A stretch of DNA of 59,155 nt, counting the filler. It is 7 parts of 7 records of this genome, joined end to end, with 100 filler letters (N's around TTAATTAATTAA, not from the genome) between each part and the next. Parts side by side here need not be neighbours in the genome. Positions count along the whole stretch, not along the records: positions 40,941 to 52,192 come from SRR31147125_20637; positions 52,293 to 59,155 come from SRR31147125_20646; 5 more parts are not named here. One strand, written 5' to 3'. Every line of letters starts with the position of its first letter. Position 1 is the first letter of the stretch. Below the pieces are notes generated by a model, which was given only the letters and a program-made list of their open reading frames with translations, was not told the origin of the DNA and did not search any database. Positions 51,389-59,155 of the stretch are shown piece after piece. A program made the position numbers and the translations under genes.

Positions 51389-52108
51389 ATGCTGAAACAG
51401 CTTTTTATTGTTGGGGGAGCGGTTTTCCTTTTGCAATGCAGTGCTGTTACTATTGGGCCAAAGGATACCTCGACAGATATTTTATCGAAAAAGGTGGAAA
51501 CCTGGACGCTTGAAGAGTGCGACCTGGTCATTAAAAACTATACCTTTTTTAATAAAAAAGGATATCAGGAAAAAGTGGCGTTACGGTCGTACAAGGTTGT
51601 GGATGTTTATATTCGTGCCACACCCTACAACAAAAATGTGATCTGTGCCATGACACGAAAAGAAGCGATCCGTAGAAGGCTGCCTGTCGCAGAATTTAGA
51701 AAAAGATTAAAGAAAGAGCTGGACAGTTATTCCAATTTTACCTTGATCCCAGGCACTGGGGACATTCTCAGTAAGCAAGAGATTGGGGGAAAGATGTTGA
51801 ATGAATACTCTTTTATGGTTTATTTTGAGAACATCAGTTTGCCGCATCGGAATATCGAAGTATATCGGGCAGATGAAGGTTTTTTTCTGGAGAATGAAGA
51901 AGGTGAATTTAGTCGGGTTATTGAGATTTCCGGATATTATGTGGATGATTTTTTTATACTGGATAGTCCGTTAAATACGATTATTACTTTTTCCTCACTA
52001 ACAGATGACGGTAAAAAGTTGTTTCCTGAAAAGACAGAATTACAGAATTATAGACTTGTATTTAACGGATTGCAGACCAAACCCATTGTGATAGAGTGGA
52101 AAGACTAA
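51389..52108 (+). CDS. Hypothetical lipoprotein
   Basis: AGAGG RBS; N-terminal hydrophobic stretch ending LLQC. Confidence 0.65.
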   Translation: MLKQLFIVGGAVFLLQCSAVTIGPKDTSTDILSKKVETWTLEECDLVIKNYTFFNKKGYQEKVALRSYKVVDVYIRATPYNKNVICAMTRKEAIRRRLPVAEFRKRLKKELDSYSNFTLIPGTGDILSKQEIGGKMLNEYSFMVYFENISLPHRNIEVYRADEGFFLENEEGEFSRVIEISGYYVDDFFILDSPLNTIITFSSLTDDGKKLFPEKTELQNYRLVFNGLQTKPIVIEWKD

Positions 52109-52192
52109 ACGTAATTACAAGACACGGAATATAACCTGGATTGTCCTGGATCATTCGTTATCTTTTACAATTCGATGAAAAAATCTGTTTTT

Positions 52193-52292
52193 NNNNNNNN
52201 NNNNNNNNNNNNNNNNNNNNNNNNNNNNNNNNNNNNTTAATTAATTAANNNNNNNNNNNNNNNNNNNNNNNNNNNNNNNNNNNNNNNNNNNN
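52193..52292. other. Artificial contig spacer
   Basis: N44-TTAATTAATTAA-N44. Confidence 0.99.
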
Positions 52293-52325
52293 GTCATGCG
52301 CCTTCAACCGCTCGGCCATCTCTCC
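52293..52325 (-). tRNA. tRNA-Ser, 5' part (truncated; anticodon not visible)
   Basis: GGAGAGATGGCCGAGCGGTTGAAGGCGCATGAC, Ser-type acceptor and D-arm. Confidence 0.8.
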
Positions 52326-52359
52326 GCACCGAATATTCAAATATAAAGAACACAAAAGG

Positions 52360-52827
52360 CTAAAAAGTATCCTTTTTGGCCCTTAAATTCTTGAAAAACC
52401 TTTTCAAAAGATCAGAAGATTCCTCAGCGAGAACTCCCTCTACAACCTCGATCTGGTGATTGAGTCGATCATCCTCGGCGCATGTATATAGTGATTTTAC
52501 CGCTCCGGATTTCGGATCGCGACAACCGAAAACAACTGTTTTGATCCTTGCCTGAAGCATGGCACCAATACACATCAAGCACGGTTCCAGAGTTACGTAA
52601 ACCGTGCAATCAGTCAATCTCCATGAATGCAGCCTTTTGGCCGCTTCCGCTATTACGTCTATCTCGGCATGCGAAATAGGACTCTGAAGAGCTTCACGTC
52701 TGTTATGAGCAGTTGCGATCATTTCGTCTTTATTAACGATAACCGCTCCAACCGGCGTTTCACCGGCCTCATAAGCCGTTTGTGCCTCTATAAGAGCCAT
52801 CCGCATCCAGTCTTCGTGATTAGCCAT
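52360..52827 (-). CDS. tadA: tRNA adenosine(34) deaminase TadA
   Basis: GETPVGAV, SHAE, WRL, YVTLEPCLMC, DPKSGA, LNH, FFKNLR. Confidence 0.95.
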   Translation of the reverse strand: MANHEDWMRMALIEAQTAYEAGETPVGAVIVNKDEMIATAHNRREALQSPISHAEIDVIAEAAKRLHSWRLTDCTVYVTLEPCLMCIGAMLQARIKTVVFGCRDPKSGAVKSLYTCAEDDRLNHQIEVVEGVLAEESSDLLKRFFKNLRAKKDTF

Positions 52828-52848
52828 TTTCTCATCCTAATAAAAAAA

Positions 52849-52925
52849 TGGTACGCCCAAGAGGATTCGAACCTCTAACCTTCGGATTCGTAGTCCGATG
52901 CTCTATCCAGTTGAGCCATGGGCGC
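52849..52925 (-). tRNA. tRNA-Arg(ACG)
   Basis: GCGCCCATGGCTCAACTGGATAGAGCATCGGACTACGAATCCGAAGGTTAGAGGTTCGAATCCTCTTGGGCGTACCA. Confidence 0.96.
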
Positions 52926-53033
52926 ACACCAACGCTTAAAATAAGCGAAATCGTCTTTATGCATGAGACATCAAAGAGCTTCTGCTAAGACATAGATACC
53001 AGATGTAAAAGATCTGCCTCGTTTAGGGGGGCT

Positions 53034-53063
53034 AATATATGTCTGGAAAAAGTTAAAAGTCAA
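53034..53063 (-). promoter_or_regulatory. Sigma70-type promoter for tRNA-Arg-tadA-tRNA-Ser
   Basis: Minus strand TTGACT-N18-TATATT followed by a GC-rich discriminator (AGCCCCCC). Confidence 0.55.
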
Positions 53064-53155
53064 GAAAAATGATTAATGATTATGCAAGAAATGACACGAT
53101 TTTCCTGTATAACGATTTCCAGCAAAAAAGGAAACGCCCTAAAAATTATTGAGAA

Positions 53156-54472
53156 CTACTTTTCTTCTGCGTCCTTGATTCTTTGAGTAATTCGCATAGC
53201 ACAGAATTTGGGACCACACATGGAACAGAACGGCGAAGAACCATGATCGCTTGTCGATAAACTTTCCTCACGATATTCCTTCGCTCGATCAGGATCCATC
53301 GATAGTTCAAACTGTTTTTTCCAGTCAAACGCATATCTAGCCTTTGACATTTCATCATCCCAATCTCTCGCGCCCGGTCTTTTTCTTGCTACATCAGCAG
53401 CATGAGCGGCAATTCTGTATGCCATAATGCCGGTTCTGACATCTTCAAGTTCCGGCAATCCAAGATGTTCCTTTGGAGTTACGTAGCAAAGGAAACTCGC
53501 TCCATACCAACCAGCCATTGCAGCTCCGATTGCCGAAGTGATGTGGTCATATCCGGGAGCTACATCGGTAACGATTGGGCCTAGTACGTAAAAAGGCGCG
53601 CCTTTGCAGATTTCCTGTTGGATATTGATGTTATATTCTATTTGATCCATCGGAACATGGCCGGGACCTTCTATCATAACCTGCACATCTTTTGCCCAGC
53701 ATCTTTCTGTCAACTCGCCCAAAACCTTCAATTCGGCAATCTGTGCATCATCGGAAGCATCAGCCAAAGATCCGGGACGCAAACCATCACCAAGAGATAA
53801 GGTCACATCATATTGTTGACAAATATCGAGGATCGCGTCAAAAGCTTCATAAAACGGGTTTTCTTTATCATGATGCACCATCCACTCAGCCATGATGGAA
53901 CCACCACGAGAAACTATTCCTGTCACTCGCTTTTTGGCCAAAGCGACGTGTTTTTTCAGAAGACCACAATGAATGGTCATGAAATCAACACCTTGTTTGG
54001 CCTGAAATTCGATGACGTGCATCAGATGATCGATAGTCAAATCAATAGTGTTTTCAACCATTTCCGTCGCCTGATACATTGGAACAGTACCAATCGGAAC
54101 AGGGCTGTTTTCGATTATAACTTCACGAATGGTGTCGATATTGTTTCCTGTCGAAAGATCCATTACAGCATCCGCACCGTATTTCAGACAGGCGTTTAGC
54201 TTTGCCAATTCGCCTTCGGTATTCGAGCATACGGAACTATTACCGATATTGGCATTGATTTTGGTTTTGCAAGCCAGACCAATCCCGATAGGATCAAGAC
54301 CACGATGCATGATATTTGCAGGAATAACGAGATGTCCCTTGGCGACTTCGTCACGAACAAGTTCAGGGCTTATTCTTTCCCTTTCCGCCACACGCTTCAT
54401 TTCTTCGGTGATTTCTCCAGCTCTGGCAAGTTTTAGCAATGTAACGTTTTTTCCAGTGTATTCACGAGTCAT
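53156..54472 (-). CDS. thiC: Phosphomethylpyrimidine synthase ThiC (short form)
   Basis: [68 protein letters not shown]. Confidence 0.96.
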   Translation of the reverse strand: MTREYTGKNVTLLKLARAGEITEEMKRVAERERISPELVRDEVAKGHLVIPANIMHRGLDPIGIGLACKTKINANIGNSSVCSNTEGELAKLNACLKYGADAVMDLSTGNNIDTIREVIIENSPVPIGTVPMYQATEMVENTIDLTIDHLMHVIEFQAKQGVDFMTIHCGLLKKHVALAKKRVTGIVSRGGSIMAEWMVHHDKENPFYEAFDAILDICQQYDVTLSLGDGLRPGSLADASDDAQIAELKVLGELTERCWAKDVQVMIEGPGHVPMDQIEYNINIQQEICKGAPFYVLGPIVTDVAPGYDHITSAIGAAMAGWYGASFLCYVTPKEHLGLPELEDVRTGIMAYRIAAHAADVARKRPGARDWDDEMSKARYAFDWKKQFELSMDPDRAKEYREESLSTSDHGSSPFCSMCGPKFCAMRITQRIKDAEEK

Positions 54473-54984
54473 TTATCTAGCTCCAAAATTATAGAATTCA
54501 ATTGAATAGCACGTGTTTGTCATATTTTAAGCAAATATAACAAAACATTGATAACGCCGGGAAACTCCGATGTAAAGGACTTTTAGAGCTAAACGGGAAA
54601 TAAATTACTTCTTTTTATTAAAAACATCTGCCATTTCAGTGTCCTAACAGGAAAAAAGAGGCTCAAAAATTTCCATAACATATTGATTTTACTGGCAAAA
54701 CAGCCTGAAAAAGACAAAAAAGCGACTTCTTTTTGAAGTTTGCTTTTTTTAATTGAGACATTAATTGACTTCTGTAAATATTAGCATCTGATATTCGTCT
54801 AAACAATAGAGCTTTTTGTTTGATGTTCATTGTATTTTATAATGTTTTTACACTGGAGAAAATAGTTGCGAATGCTATAACATTTTGTTATCATTTAGAA
54901 AATTAGCTACACGTAAATGGAGATCCGGGCCGTATTTCCGTCGTGTTGAAATAAGTTATCAACTTGTGAATTAGGAGGAAGGCC

Positions 54985-57900
54985 ATGCGAGGCCTAATCA
55001 GAAAAAATGCCTGGGTTGCTACCCTTTTGTGTTTAGCATCCTTTCTTGTTTTCGTCCCAAACGCTTTTGCTTCCGTCGGTTGTGATCCACCAGATTGCGA
55101 GGATGGAATTTCTTGTACCATCGATAGTTGTGACAATGGTATATGCAAGCACCAGCCACAAAACATCCTTTGCGGTGTTGATAATAATTATTGCGACGGT
55201 TGGTTAAGGTGTGATGTGGATGATGGTTGTGTTCCGGAACTGCCTCCTTGTGATGACGACAACAAATGCACTGATGATTATTGCAATGTGTCAGGTGCGC
55301 AGCCTTATTATGAATGTGTCAATTTAGCAAAAAATTGCACGGATTTATTCCATTGTACTGTAGATAGTTGCGATGAAGCTACCGGTGAATGCATTCACAC
55401 AAAAACAGATTCGCTTTGTCTTGACAGCAACTTATGCGACGGAACAGAAATATGCGACCCGGAGAGTACCAGTCCCACACCTGACTCACAAGGCTGTATC
55501 GAAGGAGAGGCACTAGATTGCATCGATGCATATGATTGCACTGATGATGACTGTATTCCGGCAACCGGTTGTGTAAATGAAGAGAACGACGATAATTGCG
55601 ACGATACATTTTCATGTACCGATGACACTTGCGATCCGAGTAGCCGAGCGGTAGGCGATACTTCCGGATGTGTTTTTACTCCCGTTCATTCAAGGTGTGA
55701 TGATGATATCGACTGCACCGATAACAATTGCGATACAGATAACTCCTCTCTGGCCGACGGTTGCTATTATCCTCCGGATCACAGCTACTGTGCGGATACT
55801 GTTGGTTGTACGGATGATGTGTGCAATCCGAACGCCGTGTCTCCCTCCGATGGATGTTCCAATCCCACAAATGACGAAAACTGTGATAATGGAAACTTCT
55901 GCGATGGAGAAGAGACTTGCGTTCCGACAAGCGTTAGTCCCACTCCCGATGTAAATGGCTGTATTCCGGGAGAGGATCCCTGCGAAGACAATATCGCTTG
56001 CACTGTAGATTCCTGTACGGAACAGGATCATTGCGCGAATCTGGCTGACAATACAGAATGCGTAGATGAATTTTACTGCAACGGTGCCGAGTATTGCGAT
56101 GTCAGCGAAGGTTGCAAAGATGGAGATGATATCGTTTGCACTGATAGCGTTGATTGCACAGTCGATGAATGCAATGAAGACGAGGATAAGTGCGATTTCA
56201 CGGAAAATAACGACAACTGCGATGATTCCGATCCATGTACGGAAGATATTTGCAGTGGCAGTGGATGTTCCAACCCTGCCATGTCGGATGGCAGCGTTTG
56301 TGATGTAATACCGGCAATTCCCGAAAAATGCTACGATGGACAATGCATTGTTCTTTGCACTACTGATGCCTATTGTGATACCGGAGAAGGTTCGGACGGA
56401 ATTCCGTGTACCGAGGGAACTTGCGATATGGGAACCGGATTATGTGTCCATACTCCTAAAAACAGCAGTTGCGATGACGGAGATCCTTGCAATGGTGATG
56501 AGGTTTGTGACCCTGATAGCACAGACCCTGCTCCTGACTCAAATGGCTGTATAGATGGGCCTGATCCTGATTGTACAGATATCTATAGTTGCACCAGAGA
56601 TTACTGCGATTCTGTTTTCGGTTGCATGCACGAAAAGAGAGACAGTGAATGCGACAACCAGGACGTTTGCGATGGAACGGAAACTTGTGACCCTGAAGGC
56701 ACCGATCCCGATGCTAAAGGTTGTGTAGCTGGTACTGCTCTTACTTGCGTGGATGCATTTGATTGTACAGATAACGATTGCGATCCGACCAATGGATGTG
56801 AGTACACAAATAATGATGCAAACTGCAATGATGGCTATTCCTGCACAGTTGATACATGCGACCCGACAGCAAGAGGTGTAAGTGTATCAGGATGCGTATT
56901 TACTAATACCAATTCTAATTGCGATGACAGCATAGATTGTACAGATAACATTTGCGATCCGGACAATTCCAGCTTAACAAGTGGATGCAAGTATCCGGTG
57001 AAAGCTGACTATTGTAACGATGGTCACACTTGTACGGATGATAGTTGTAACCCGAACGCCAGCCCTGGCACCGGTTGTGAATATGTAACTCACGATGATA
57101 AATGTACTGATAACAATATTTGTACAGGGATAGAAACTTGCGAAGTCGGTAAAGGTTGTGTAGATAATGAAGATCTCGATTGTACGGATGATTATGAATG
57201 TACAACTCATTCCTGCCACCCTCTTGATGGATGCTCGACTGTAAAAGACAATAGCAAATGTAGTGACTCCAAATTCTGTACCGGAACGGAAATTTGCGAT
57301 CCGGATACCGCCGGAGCCGATAGCAGAGGTTGCCATGCTGGAATAGAGCCGAATTGTGCGGATAGTTATGACTGTACGATAGATACATGCGAGGAAGATA
57401 CAGGAACATACAAATGCGTTCGAACTCCTGACGATACCGAATGCGACAACGGTGTTTTCTGCGATGGAGCAGAAACTTGTGATGTGGATAAGGGTTGCGA
57501 AGATGGACCTGTTCCGACCTGCGATGATGGTTTTTATGCACTGAAGACGACTGCGATACTTCCACCGACAAGTGTAAACATGAACCTAAAGATATCGTAT
57601 GTAATGATGACAAGCTCTGCAATGGTGAAGAAACCTGTAATCCTGACAGTTTAGACCCGCTACCTGATACCGAAGGTTGCATAGATGGACCTGATCCAAC
57701 ATGTGATGATGGTGTTGACTGTACCAATGATTATTGCAATACCGATGTAAATCTGTGTCTTCATGATCCGGTTAATAGCGAATGCTCGGATAACGATGCT
57801 TGCACGACCGGTGAATATTGCGACGAATTTGAAGGTTGCAAGGTTCCGGGAACTCCGACCTGTGTCGATCAATATGAATGTACAATAAACAAATGTGTTG

Positions 57901-59155
57901 ACAATAACGGAACTGCCGAATGTACATACGAAAACAATAATGGAGCCTGCGATAACGACACTTTCTGTGATGGCATGGAAACCTGTCAGCCCGGTGTTTC
58001 CGGAGCAGACCCCACTTCGGGTTGCTTAGATGGAGCGAGTCCTGATTGCAGTGATGCTGTTGCTTGTACAAGAGATGACTGTAGTTCGACGACTGATGCA
58101 TGTGTCAATGAACCACACACAGAAGACTGTCCGGACCCCGGACTTTGTCGAGTACTCCTTGTTTGTGATCCTGTAACAGGATGCCAGTATGAAAACAAGC
58201 AGGAAGACACTGATTGCTCGAATGGTGGAGATCCGAAAGTTTGCAGAAGTGGTGTTTGTGTTCCACAATGTGTAACAGATTCCGACTGCAATGATAATAC
58301 GTCTTGCTCATCTGACAAATGTGGTGATGATAACTGGTGTGAATATACTGCAAACAACAACCTTTGCCAAAATGACACATTCTGTGATGGTGAAGAAGTA
58401 TGTCGTCCATTTGAAGGTTGTATTGCTGGGCTGTTACCTGATTGCTCGCAAGAAGACGCGTTTACTTGTACATACGACTACTGTGATCCTGTAGACGATG
58501 AATGCAAGCATGAGCCAAAGGACGAAAGATGCTATGATGGCAAATGGTGTTCAGGTGAAGAATCCTGTGACCCGACAAGAGAAGGTGCCGATCCTGCTAG
58601 CGGCTGTTTCTACGCCAACAAACCGTGTGATGACACAATCCCATGCACCGACAACTTGTGCAATGAAGAAACGCATGAATGCACGTATGTTGAAAACAAC
58701 GACAATTGCAGCGATAATCTTTATTGTAATGGTATAGAAGTTTGTGATCCGAACAACAAATCAGCAGATGCAAACGGTTGTATGCCTGGTAATACTCCTG
58801 ATTGCACGGATGCATTTGCCTGCACGGCAGATGACTGTGTCGAAACAACTATCGGTCCTGATTTTTATAAATGTGAATTTGTGCCGGATAACTCAAAAAT
58901 GCGATGACAGTGTAGATTGTACCACCAACACCTGTGATGTAGATAAAGGCTGTCAGTACGATCCTGATGACACCAAGTGCAACGATGATGTCGCTTGTAC
59001 TATAGATAGTTGTGACAAGGATAATGATTGCCAATTTGTTCTCGATGACACCAAATGCGATGATACTGTTGCATGTACTGTAGATAGCTGCGACAAAGAC
59101 AACGACTGTCAGTATGTCCCTGATGACACCAAGTGCAACGATAGTGTTGCATGTA
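54985..59155 (+). CDS. Giant secreted Cys/Asp-rich repeat protein (CDDxxxCTxDxC and CDGxExCDP modules); two compensating homopolymer frameshifts; 3'-truncated
   Basis: AGGAGG RBS, signal peptide (AFA-S). The repeat pattern continues across the T5 run at 57531-57535 into the frame of ORF 57975-58907, then across the A5 run at 58895-58899 back to the original frame, open to the window end. Confidence 0.85.
58966..59155 (+). repeat. 78-bp (26-aa) tandem coding repeat
   Basis: GATGACACCAA at 58966, 59044 and 59122; unit DDTKCxDxVACTxDSCDKDNDCQxVx. Confidence 0.9.

Noticed and set aside
57531..58907. Programmed ribosomal frameshifting or selenocysteine read-through in the Cys-rich gene
   Set aside because: The repeat pattern resumes in a different frame upstream of the stops, at plain homopolymers; no clear slippery heptamer with a downstream structure and no SECIS-like hairpin seen.
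55379..59034. Many minus-strand and off-frame ORFs within the Cys-rich gene
   Set aside because: By-products of the biased Cys/Asp/Thr codon content of the real plus-strand gene.

Overview
This is not one chromosome. Seven unrelated contigs are joined by six artificial 100-bp spacers (N44-TTAATTAATTAA-N44), so gene neighbourhoods are meaningful only within a contig. Taxonomic labels are inferred from gene content and protein style. (1) 1-9412, GC-rich, Desulfuromonadales-like: GH13 alpha-amylase::glycogen synthase fusion, Zn-alcohol dehydrogenase, AmmeMemoRadiSam radical SAM enzyme, HNH protein, trkA-trkH. (2) 9513-16033, AT-rich, Clostridia-like: ftsK-rimO-pgsA-cinA and a methyltransferase. 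(3) 16134-22197, Desulfobacterota-like: HMG-CoA lyase, a sigma54-driven DUF1104 + pentaheme cytochrome c unit, GhrB-like reductase, IclR regulator and a SauS-like aldehyde dehydrogenase fragment. (4) 22298-35724, FCB/KSB1-like: tRNA Gly-Cys-Leu, MFS transporter, PhoX, sensor kinase, flavodoxin-fold pair, a secreted FlgD-Ig/T9SS-type protein, and tRNA-Ala with a duplicated 3' half. (5) 35825-40840, Bacteroidales-like: wza-wzc, PfkB kinase, U32 protein. (6) 40941-52192, FCB/KSB1-like: an AbiEi/AbiEii toxin-antitoxin pair followed by a co-oriented array of diverse small outer-membrane beta-barrel genes, with REP-like direct repeats bracketing one of them. (7) 52293-59155, deltaproteobacteria-like: tRNA-Arg(ACG)-tadA-tRNA-Ser, thiC, and a >1380-aa secreted Cys/Asp-rich repeat protein. 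Five genes carry six frameshifts, all in homopolymer runs, most likely sequencing errors. The best candidate for an undescribed system is the AbiE-linked beta-barrel array with repeat-bounded gene units. The GH13-GT5 fusion, the sigma54 cytochrome unit and the giant Cys-rich protein come next.
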